From positions 8,424 through 72,423 of IMG/VR virus record IMGVR_UViG_3300023301_000006: a stretch of 64,000 bases of DNA; one strand, given 5' to 3'. The notes below the pieces were generated by a model that did no database searches, was not told where the DNA came from, and saw only the letters and a list, made by a program, of their open reading frames with translations. Of this stretch, positions 24,311 through 31,276 are shown piece after piece. Position numbers and translations under genes: made by a program. The stretch's first letter is position 1; each line of letters opens with the position of its first letter. This stretch comes from a virus.

Positions 24311-24925
24311 TTACAATTCTAAAAGATGAACTGGCTTATTCATTTCATCTACTAGCTTTTGCCATTTATGTTGGTTGCCTCTTATAATGTGAACGTAGAT
24401 ATGATAGTCGTTGTGTGTTTTCATCCATACATTTGCACCACCTATCCCCCTATTGTAAGACAATAGAGTCATATTCATCAAACTGTCCCCAGTATACCCT
24501 TGATTTCTATAATATTCTCTATTATTGTAAAGTATTGCTAAACCACCTGAAATGTTATCATAAATATCGTATGGGTCAACTTCACAACCTAGTATTTCTT
24601 CTGCGTTTGGGACTCCCCACCTACTGTTTAGTTGGAAAAGTCCTATATCTACACTTGTTGGATTAGTACTTACCACCTCATTGTTGAATTTCCCTCCTGT
24701 TTCTAACTCTATTAGAGATAAAACTAAAGAAAGCTCCAAGTCTAATTCAATTGCTAAATCTCTCAGAAACAATTCTACCTTGGGTTTTAAAACAGTTGTA
24801 GAAAAATAGAAAAAATCTTTATTTTTCTCTTGACTAAATGTATTAGTTATATTATAATGTTTAATAGAACTACTATTACTATAATTAATACTTATATTCT
24901 GTATATCAACGTCTTGTATCAGCAT
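24311..24925 (-). CDS. lytic transglycosylase (SLT/lysozyme-like)
   Basis: IELETG catalytic Glu, GLFQLN, DNISGG, SYNRG. Confidence 0.8.
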   Translation of the reverse strand: MLIQDVDIQNISINYSNSSSIKHYNITNTFSQEKNKDFFYFSTTVLKPKVELFLRDLAIELDLELSLVLSLIELETGGKFNNEVVSTNPTSVDIGLFQLNSRWGVPNAEEILGCEVDPYDIYDNISGGLAILYNNREYYRNQGYTGDSLMNMTLLSYNRGIGGANVWMKTHNDYHIYVHIIRGNQHKWQKLVDEMNKPVHLLEL

Positions 24926-25131
24926 ATATTTTTCCTCCTTTTTTTATCTCTAATAATATTATATCAAATTATGGGGAAAATATCAAGAAAAATTTTTAGT
25001 ATTTTCATCGAGAATCTATAAGGTCGGAAGGGAATTGTAAATACTACTTTACGAAATTGTTCTTGATATTTCTTTCATATTTTGATATAATATATATATA
25101 AGATAAAAGAAAAAAAATAAGGAGGAATAGT

Positions 25132-25572
25132 ATGTCCTTGAGTAAAAGTCTCTTATATAAAGACATAACTAATCAAGTAAGGGGTAACTTTAAAGTATTG
25201 AAACTAAAAGGGATAGAACACGGAGAGTATTATATTCCAATCCACAAAGGAGCGGTAAAAACAGGAATGAAAATTCCTCGTGAGAACTTAAAAAGAGCAA
25301 GTCTTATTTATCAAGTAGGAGATGTAGTTAGAATAAAAACTAAAGAGCAGTTTGCAAGGGATTTCAAAATAAACTACTCAGAACAAGAAAGAGAATTTTA
25401 TGTTAGAACCTCAAATACATTTTCAGTTAGTATGAATGTTTACTGTGGTAGAGAATTTGTCATTGTTGGATACACGCGTGAGAGGGGGTATATGCTAAAA
25501 GACATCCCTTTCTTTAGTTTTGACTCAGATATGTTTGTAGCAAATAGGTGTTTTCTGTATAAAGAAATATAA
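25132..25572 (+). CDS. family A (KOW/SH3-like) YxEV-tail protein
   Basis: YQVGDVVRIKTKEQF...MNVYCGREF...FDSDMF, ends FLYKEI. Confidence 0.75.
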   Translation: MSLSKSLLYKDITNQVRGNFKVLKLKGIEHGEYYIPIHKGAVKTGMKIPRENLKRASLIYQVGDVVRIKTKEQFARDFKINYSEQEREFYVRTSNTFSVSMNVYCGREFVIVGYTRERGYMLKDIPFFSFDSDMFVANRCFLYKEI

Positions 25573-25786
25573 AATTGTTCTTGATAATTTATTAATATTG
25601 TTATATAATATAAGTATAGAAAGAAAAAAATAAAAAAAGAAAGGAGTAACTATACTTAAAATAACTAGAAAAACTTATTGACATCTTGTTTATATTGTTA
25701 TATAATATAAGTATAGTAAAAAAAAAGAATTATTTTAAGTAACTAGTAGTGTTGACGAGAACATCATAAAAATAGTAGGAGGATTT

Positions 25787-26020
25787 ATGAAAAAAACTGA
25801 AAAAGAATTAACTATTGAAAGAGCAAAAACTTATATTGTCTTTTCTCAATTCAAAGCAGGCTTTCTTATGATGAAGGGATTTAAACTCCATGATATGGAA
25901 AAGAATAAGGATTTCCCCAATAAGAATGTATTTTTCTTTTCTAATATAGACGTATTGCATGAAGCCTTAAAGGATTTAGACAATAGGAATAAAGAAATTA
26001 ATGAATTGATAGGAGGATAG
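25787..26020 (+). CDS. small phage protein (DUF5659-like)
   Basis: FSQFKAGFLMMKGFKL...KNVFFF pattern; promoter and GGAGG. Confidence 0.6.
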   Translation: MKKTEKELTIERAKTYIVFSQFKAGFLMMKGFKLHDMEKNKDFPNKNVFFFSNIDVLHEALKDLDNRNKEINELIGG

Positions 26021-26023
26021 ATT

Positions 26024-26317
26024 ATGAAATTAAGTCAGAATGAAAAAGAAATACTAAAAAAGAAGTTGAATGAAATATTTAAAACGGCAGAAAGAGAAAT
26101 GTCTGCGTCTAAAGAGTTAATAACTAATTTAGATGAGGGACTTAGACCGTATGAAGCGAATAACATTATAATTTTATTTGATAGAGTAGACGTTAAAGGA
26201 ACTCAAGAAATATTACAAGTTGGTTCTATCTTGTCTAAATTAAGAACTTATGTTATTAATTCAGAAAAAGGAGGTAGTGATGAAAAAAATAGTGGAACTG
26301 ATTCAAGAGAAGACTAA
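26024..26317 (+). CDS. hypothetical protein
   Basis: ORF track; AGGAGG RBS. Confidence 0.65.
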   Translation: MKLSQNEKEILKKKLNEIFKTAEREMSASKELITNLDEGLRPYEANNIIILFDRVDVKGTQEILQVGSILSKLRTYVINSEKGGSDEKNSGTDSRED

Positions 26318-26591
26318 GAAAGAACTTTCCCTTGAAATGCGTAGTGTACTTTCAAAATACTTTAAGGGAATGACTGGTACGGAAGAAGAAAAGATGGTTT
26401 TAGTTAGTAATACATTAGAGGTATTGAATTCAGCAGAGTTACAATTATTAGATATTTTAGATTATCCAATGTATTCAGTAAAGTCTAAGAATCTTTTAAT
26501 GCGTGGAGCCTATGAACATTTAAGAGTTCCAAATACATTAGTTCTAGAAGAAGAATTATTTAAAGACTTAGTAGCAATTTATACTTATTAA
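26280..26591 (+). CDS. hypothetical protein
   Basis: Start moved to the ATG after AAGGAGGT. Confidence 0.65.
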   Translation: MKKIVELIQEKTKKELSLEMRSVLSKYFKGMTGTEEEKMVLVSNTLEVLNSAELQLLDILDYPMYSVKSKNLLMRGAYEHLRVPNTLVLEEELFKDLVAIYTY

Positions 26592-26665
26592 GAAAAAAGT
26601 TATTGACTAATTGTGTTTATTTTGATATAATATATATAGAAGGAAAAAAAAGAAAGGAGTAAACT

Positions 26666-26920
26666 ATTAAATATTTAAATCATCTACTTGGAAAGAATGT
26701 AAGTATTGTTCACGATGATAAAGCGGACCTATTCAAACATAACCTGTATGGTGTGGTAAGAACCATTGGAGGAAACGATAAGAATTTGGTATTGCAACTT
26801 ACCAGCGGAAAAGTTATAAACTTTTCTGAAAGTGGAGAAATAGTTAAAGTTGAATACTCCAATGCAATGATTAGAGTTACTTATGCTAATGGAGTAAAAA
26901 AATTCTTGGATTTCTTTTAA
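26666..26920 (+). CDS. hypothetical protein with apparent ATT start, paralog of 57941..58189 and 56443..56694
   Basis: Promoter and AAGGAG then ATT AAA TAT; ends IRVTYANGVKKFLDFF versus VRITYNDGSQTFLDFF. Confidence 0.65.
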   Translation: MKYLNHLLGKNVSIVHDDKADLFKHNLYGVVRTIGGNDKNLVLQLTSGKVINFSESGEIVKVEYSNAMIRVTYANGVKKFLDFF

Positions 26921-26923
26921 AAT

Positions 26924-27210
26924 GTTATTGACAAATTACTATAATTTTGATATAATACAAGTATAGTAAAAAAATAAAACATATTAAATAATAATACGAA
27001 AAAAAGTTATTGACGAATTACTTATAATATGATATAATATAAGTATAGTAAAAAAATAAAACATATTAAATAACAATATGAAAAAAAAGTTATTGACAAA
27101 TTACTTATAATATGATATAATATAAGTATAGTAAAAAAATAATATGAAGAAAAAAATGAGAAGAAGTTGTTGACAAATTGAGTAAAATATTATATAATAT
27201 TTATATAGTA
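26924..27210 (+). promoter_or_regulatory. four tandem SigA-type promoters (about 80-bp repeat)
   Basis: TTGAC(A/G)-N17-TATAAT near 26927, 27010, 27093 and 27170; the first three have an extended TG and near-identical flanks. Confidence 0.85.
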
Positions 27211-27246
27211 TAAAAAAAATAATATTAAAAAAGGAGTTGGACATTT

Positions 27247-27639
27247 ATGAAAATCACTATCAAAGATGTGTACGCAAGAATCGAACAGAACTTAGGTATT
27301 GACTTAACAGAACAGGGTGAATTAGCAATGAAGCAGTTAGAAGATGAAGCTAATCCATTCTCAGACGCAGACTTCATCAAAAAAGGTGATATCGTTATCA
27401 CTAAAGGTGGAGAAGGTAAGTCATTCATTGTTGTATTAGTTGATGAGAGATTAATCTTAGCTACTTTAGACCCTAACTCAGGTAAAAAGCATGACTTGAA
27501 AGAAATTAACACTTATAATGCTCATCAAGATAAGAACAAAGTCTTCTTATCTGAACTAAGAAACAAGTTAACTTCATTCTCTGATTGTGTTGTTATTGAC
27601 AAGTGCAGAGTAGATAGTATTGTTGTTAATGTAAAGTAA
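27247..27639 (+). CDS. hypothetical protein, probably highly expressed
   Basis: AAGGAG RBS, four upstream promoters, downstream hairpin. Confidence 0.75.
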   Translation: MKITIKDVYARIEQNLGIDLTEQGELAMKQLEDEANPFSDADFIKKGDIVITKGGEGKSFIVVLVDERLILATLDPNSGKKHDLKEINTYNAHQDKNKVFLSELRNKLTSFSDCVVIDKCRVDSIVVNVK

Positions 27640-27654
27640 TCTAAGTAAGTAAGG

Positions 27655-27688
27655 TTCTCTACCCACTCTTTAATTAGGGTGGGAGAGG
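27655..27688 (+). terminator. hairpin after 27247..27639
   Basis: TCTCTACCCAC-TCT...AGGGTGGGAGA inverted repeat; no clear U-tract. Confidence 0.4.
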
Positions 27689-27819
27689 TATCAACCTTGA
27701 CAAAAGCACAAGAGTGTGATATAATACAAACATGGTCTTTTAAAATTTAGTAATAACCACAACTAACCCAGTGAATAAAAAGTTTAACTAGCTTTTCTGG
27801 GACATATAGAAGATAGAGA

Positions 27820-28295
27820 GGTACGTTCTAAGGATATTTTGAATGTATAATCTTTTGCAGATAAGTAATTAAAAGCGAAAAGGAAGAAACTTCCAATTAT
27901 AATATGTGTTGCAAATCTATTATTGTACTCAAAAGTACAAACCTAGTCGTTGTAATAATCCGTCTTCTAACCGAAGATAACCTAAAATCTAGAGCCTATG
28001 GACGGCTTGTAGGGACTTAGGAATCCAACGAATACAATCAGTCTTGAACAGAGGAAACTCTGGTATAAGATTAGAATTTGGTGCAAGTAGCCCTATGACT
28101 AAACAAAATTGGAATAACTTAAAATATAAAGTTATCAAGATGAATAGCGGGTGAAAGTTGCAAGTACACAATCTTGCTTAGGATTTTATTGGGGTAGAAA
28201 GTATGGGGGTAGCTCCTCTGTGCTCATCCTACTCTGCCTAGTGACTGAATATGATATGGTAATAGACTTGTAGAGTGAAGATTCAGTTGTGATTA
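27820..28295 (+). ncRNA. probable ROOL large ncRNA (ends approximate)
   Basis: About 500 nt with no credible gene, after a promoter and before tRNAs; segments recalled as ROOL-like: GTCTTGAACAGAGGAAACTCTGGTATAAGAT, GTGCAAGTAGCC..ATGACT, AAAGTATGGGGGTAGCTCCTCTGTGCTCA, GTGACTGAAT. Confidence 0.65.
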
Positions 28296-28322
28296 TTACT
28301 AAGTTTTAAAAGACTTGTTAAT

Positions 28323-28391
28323 GGGGGTGTAAAGAGGTCGACAGGTGCTTTAGTATACTGGACATGAGTTTAATTCTCATCACCTCCACCA
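28323..28391 (+). ncRNA. minimal tmRNA-like RNA, tRNA-like domain only (69 nt)
   Basis: GGGGGTG/CACCTCC-A-CCA with G3:U70; stemless D-loop ending TCGAC; GGAC then T-arm ATGAG/CTCAT; no tag ORF or pseudoknots. Confidence 0.8.
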
Positions 28392-28398
28392 TAAACTT

Positions 28399-28473
28399 GG
28401 GAATATAGTCAAGCGGTTAAGACACTACACTTTCACTGTAGTATCGCAAGTTCGATTCTTGCTATTCTCACCA
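28399..28473 (+). tRNA. tRNA-Glu(TTC)
   Basis: Cloverleaf, CTACA-CTTTCAC-TGTAG, CCA. Confidence 0.85.
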
Positions 28474-28527
28474 TATACCTTTTCCCCTTTGTTGTGTGGG
28501 AAATTAAATATAGCACAACTACATTAT

Positions 28528-28602
28528 TGCCCTTTCGTCTAATGGTTAGGACGCCAGACTTTCACTCTGGAAACTTGAGTTCGACTCTCAAAAGGGTAAC
28601 CA
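28528..28602 (+). tRNA. tRNA-Glu(TTC), second divergent copy
   Basis: CCAGA-CTTTCAC-TCTGG, CCA. Confidence 0.88.
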
Positions 28603-28607
28603 AATAA

Positions 28608-28693
28608 GGAGTAGTATGCAAATGGTTAAGCAAACGGGTTGCTAACTCGTGGCGGTTAAACGCTTGTAGGTTCAAGTCCTATCTACTCTTCCA
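28608..28693 (+). tRNA. tRNA-Ser(GCT)
   Basis: ACGGG-TTGCTAA-CTCGT, long variable arm, CCA. Confidence 0.88.
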
Positions 28694-28697
28694 ATAT

Positions 28698-28775
28698 GTA
28701 AATATAGCTCAGTTTGGTTAGAGCATCTGGTTGCCAATCAGAATGTCGTGGGTTCAATTCCCACTATTTACTCCA
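28698..28775 (+). tRNA. tRNA-Gly(GCC)
   Basis: TCTGG-TTGCCAA-TCAGA, CCA. Confidence 0.88.
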
Positions 28776-28781
28776 AAATAA

Positions 28782-28858
28782 TGCAGAGTGGAACGTTGGT
28801 TTTTCCATCGAGGCTCATATCCTTGATTACATGGGTTCGATTCCCATCTCTGCATCCA
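28782..28858 (+). tRNA. tRNA-Met(CAT)
   Basis: CGAGG-CTCATAT-CCTTG, acceptor TGCAGAG/CTCTGCA, CCA. Confidence 0.8.
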
Positions 28859-28861
28859 TAA

Positions 28862-28953
28862 GGAAGGTTACTCAAATGGTTATACGAGCGTAGCTTTGAA
28901 AGCTAATGTGTCTGAAATACGGCTTGGGGGTTCGAATCCCTCACCTTCTTCCA
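28862..28953 (+). tRNA. tRNA-Ser(TGA)
   Basis: TAGC-TTTGAAA-GCTA, long variable arm, CCA. Confidence 0.85.
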
Positions 28954-28959
28954 AAATGT

Positions 28960-29034
28960 GTATGTATAGCTAAAAGGCTTAGCATTCGGCTGTTAACCGA
29001 AAGTATATTGGTTCGAATCCAATTACATACGCCA
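28960..29034 (+). tRNA. tRNA-Asn(GTT)
   Basis: TTCGG-CTGTTAA-CCGAA, GCCA end. Confidence 0.88.
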
Positions 29035-29035
29035 T

Positions 29036-29250
29036 AAGTCCCACTATGAGGGCATAAAGGCTTTGATGGAAACCCCATCTGAAAGAGCGTATGGAAGCTC
29101 TAGTGTCTAAATCACATTAGTTTATAGATACGACATTTAAAAACAAATTTTTAAGAAATTGAATTGTGATAGCCTATTAAGACTAAGGGCTTAAAATACA
29201 GAGTCTCACCATTGGCGGCAACCGAAAGTCGTGGGCTTAATTGCCCTTTC
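29036..29250 (+). ncRNA. unidentified structured RNA in the tRNA cluster
   Basis: Long-range pairings AAGTCCCAC/GTGGGCTT and AGGGCA/TGCCCT plus several hairpins; no ORF. Confidence 0.45.
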
Positions 29251-29305
29251 AAGTTATTAGGAACCCATTGGGGCTAAAGGTTTAAAATAGATAGTCCTAT
29301 TATAA

Positions 29306-29376
29306 CTAGGTGTGGGATAATGGTTGTCCGCTAGCTTTGGGAGCTAGTGACGGGGGTTCGATTCCTCCCACTTAGA
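29306..29376 (+). tRNA. tRNA-Pro(TGG), CCA not encoded
   Basis: CTAGC-TTTGGGA-GCTAG; acceptor CTAGGTG/CACTTAG. Confidence 0.85.
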
Positions 29377-29501
29377 AGTGGATATAAGTATATTGTATCT
29401 AGTTCTAAGTGCACAATAGTTTTGAGTAAATAAAAAAATGTTGTTGCAAGATTATTCATTTAATGATATAATATAAGTATAGAAAGAAATAAAAAAAATA
29501 A

Positions 29502-29578
29502 GGTCGTCTAATCCAACTGGCAGAGATAATAGGTTTAAGCCCTATCAAGTGTGGGTTCAACTCCCACGGCGACTACCA
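29502..29578 (+). tRNA. tRNA-Leu(TAA), short variable loop
   Basis: ATAGG-TTTAAGC-CCTAT, CCA; own promoter at about 29445-29475. Confidence 0.82.
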
Positions 29579-29585
29579 ATAATAA

Positions 29586-29659
29586 TGTGATATAGTCAAG
29601 TGGTAAGACAATAGACTTTGAATCTATCAGCCTTGGTTCGAATCCAAGTATCACAACCA
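29586..29659 (+). tRNA. tRNA-Gln(TTG)
   Basis: ATAGA-CTTTGAA-TCTAT, CCA. Confidence 0.88.
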
Positions 29660-29828
29660 GAATGAAGGAGTAGAGGTCGCACCTCGAGGTAGGATGAAAG
29701 CTATCCGTAAAGGGAAAGCGGATAAATATCTCTGATTGATAGTTAGAGAAAAGTTTTTTGTAGTCTTAATAATACCACCAACGCATTGGCTCTAAACGTT
29801 GAAAAAAATATAGAGAGCCATTAAGTAT

Positions 29829-29903
29829 GGTGGTTATAGCTCAATGGTAGAGCACATGGTTGTGGTCCGTGCTACTTGGGTTCGATTCCCAATAATTACC
29901 CCA
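29829..29903 (+). tRNA. tRNA-His(GTG)
   Basis: CATGG-TTGTGGT-CCGTG, G-1:C73, CCA. Confidence 0.88.
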
Positions 29904-29907
29904 ATAA

Positions 29908-29984
29908 GCTCCAATAGCTCAATCTGGTAGAGCAACTGCCTTGTAAGCAGTAGGTTGTAGGTTCAATTCCTATTTGGAGCTCCA
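29908..29984 (+). tRNA. tRNA-Thr(TGT)
   Basis: ACTGC-CTTGTAA-GCAGT, CCA. Confidence 0.9.
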
Positions 29985-30020
29985 AAATCTTTTCCATACC
30001 AAAGGAAAAGTGTTTAATAT

Positions 30021-30105
30021 GGTATAGCTGAGCACTGGTGAGCTCCGCAGACTGTAAATTTGTCGTCGAAAGGCTTTGTTGGTTCAACTCCAACCTATAC
30101 CACCA
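30021..30105 (+). tRNA. tRNA-Tyr(GTA)
   Basis: GCAGA-CTGTAAA-TTTGT, variable arm, CCA. Confidence 0.85.
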
Positions 30106-30110
30106 AATAT

Positions 30111-30186
30111 GTTCCAGTAACTCAGTTGGGAGAGTGTCTGCCTTACAAGCAGAAGGTCGTAGGTTCGAGTCCTACTTGGAACACCA
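30111..30186 (+). tRNA. tRNA-Val(TAC)
   Basis: TCTGC-CTTACAA-GCAGA, CCA. Confidence 0.9.
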
Positions 30187-30192
30187 AAATAT

Positions 30193-30267
30193 GCGGATAT
30201 CGTATAATGCTTATTACCTCTGGCTTCCAACCAGATGACGAGAGTTGAATTCTCTCTATCCGCTCCA
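30193..30267 (+). tRNA. tRNA-Gly(TCC)
   Basis: TCTGG-CTTCCAA-CCAGA, CCA. Confidence 0.88.
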
Positions 30268-30290
30268 AATTACTAATAGGAGGCAAAGAA

Positions 30291-30383
30291 ATGTGAATAT
30301 GTGAAAAATGTTCAAAAACTTATAATTATCGTCCAAAAGATGATATTTGTGAGAAATGTACTGCAGATTGTTATTTTCAATAA
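30291..30383 (+). CDS. 30-aa Zn-ribbon peptide beginning ATG-TGA
   Basis: AGGAGG RBS; with TGA=Trp reads MWICEKCSKTYNYRPKDDICEKCTADCYFQ. Confidence 0.6.
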
Positions 30384-30401
30384 AAAGGAGGAGGTACTAC
30401 A

Positions 30402-30722
30402 ATGATGACTGAAGAAGAATTATTTGAAGACTTTGACACTTGAGAAGATAGGTTCTTAGAAGCTTACGAAAATGGTGTGAAATTTGATGAAAGTCTTATG
30501 GGAAATTTAGCTTGGGAAGCAGAAGTACAAAATGAACATGACAAGCTTCGTTGGCAAATAGTAATGGAATCTATATTCCAAGTCAAGAACAGATACTTTT
30601 GTATTGACTGGCAAAAAGGTTTAACAGAGAGCCAAATAGATTCATTCTCAGAACAACCATATGAAGTTGAGAAGATAGAAAGAGAAGTTACTAAGATGGT
30701 TGTTACTTGGGTAAAGAAATAA
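30402..30722 (+). CDS. hypothetical protein with in-frame TGA, paralog of 2269..2601
   Basis: GGAGGAGG RBS then ATG 30402; TGA 30441 in frame with ORF 30477..30722. Confidence 0.72.
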
Positions 30723-30730
30723 CCATATTA

Positions 30731-30807
30731 GGACCTGTAACTCAGTTGATTAGAGTATTCGACTCATAATCGAACGGTCATTGGTTTAAATCCAATCAGG
30801 TCCACCA
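30731..30807 (+). tRNA. tRNA(CAT), probably Ile2 (lysidine type)
   Basis: TTCGA-CTCATAA-TCGAA; GGACCT acceptor as in Firmicute tRNA-Ile2; CCA. Confidence 0.75.
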
Positions 30808-30812
30808 AATAT

Positions 30813-30895
30813 GGGTGTGTAATCTTAAACTGAGCTGAGCTTAGGTGAGTCTCCAACACTCATGATAAAACGTTTGATTCGTTACATGCCTGCCA
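30813..30895 (+). tRNA. tRNA-Trp(CCA), atypical D/T arms
   Basis: TGAGT-CTCCAAC-ACTCA, G73, CCA. Confidence 0.7.
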
Positions 30896-30900
30896 ATTAT

Positions 30901-30998
30901 GAGAGTGTATAGCAGTGAAGTACTGTGGCGGTCTTCAAAACCGTACGGCTGAGGTCCAAACTTGGTTTATGAGGGAGCGTTACCTTCCATTCTCGCCA
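30901..30998 (+). tRNA. UGA-decoding tRNA (anticodon TCA), probably Trp
   Basis: Acceptor GAGAGTG/CATTCTC-G-CCA; anticodon arm GCGGT-CTTCAAA-ACCGT; long variable arm; T-arm GAGGG-AGCGTTA-CCTTC. Confidence 0.82.
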
Positions 30999-31036
30999 AC
31001 AATAAATGTTTGCGGAGCATACCAAAACCGTTTTAA

Positions 31037-31166
31037 TAGTGTGGGAAGTCCAGAGAGTGGACGCTTAAGACAATAATGTGAGTTAAATAAAGGTGGGTAA
31101 TCGTCTTTCCTTGTGAAGATTGAACCACTTTAACTCGATGCTAGGTTAAAATCCTAGCCCCACTAC
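31037..31166 (+). ncRNA. tRNA-like RNA with a long insert in place of the anticodon arm
   Basis: D-arm GTCC/GGAC, T-arm CTAGG-TTAAAAT-CCTAG, acceptor-like AGTGTGG/CCCCACT, inner stem GAGTTAAA/TTTAACTC. Confidence 0.5.
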
Positions 31167-31276
31167 ATATACATATAAACATACACTCTTAATAAATTAA
31201 ATCTAAATGAATTTGGAAACAGCTCTCTATTAGGAGAAGAGTTGTACAACATAAAAATTTACCAAGGAGGAAGATT

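Noticed and set aside
24311-24925. Mollicute (code 4) host as the explanation for TGA=Trp
   Set aside because: TGG greatly outnumbers TGA despite the AT richness, and a lytic transglycosylase suggests a walled host; the host is nevertheless unknown.
27989-28171. 60-aa minus-strand ORF
   Set aside because: It lies antisense within the ROOL-like RNA and has no RBS.
29036-29250. RNase P RNA
   Set aside because: Only a P4-like helix; the GAGGAA and ACA-AA flanks and P1-P3 are missing.
29669-29825. Lysine riboswitch
   Set aside because: Only the initial AGTAGAGG resembles it; the rest of the consensus and a downstream gene are absent.
29896-30248. ORFs 29896..30093, 30038..30238 and 30060..30248
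   Set aside because: They overlap clear tRNA genes.
30901-30998. Selenocysteine tRNA and selenoproteins
   Set aside because: 7-bp acceptor stem, no selA/selB/selD in the window, and the TGA sites fall in Trp-like rather than Cys-like contexts; not fully excluded without a model search.
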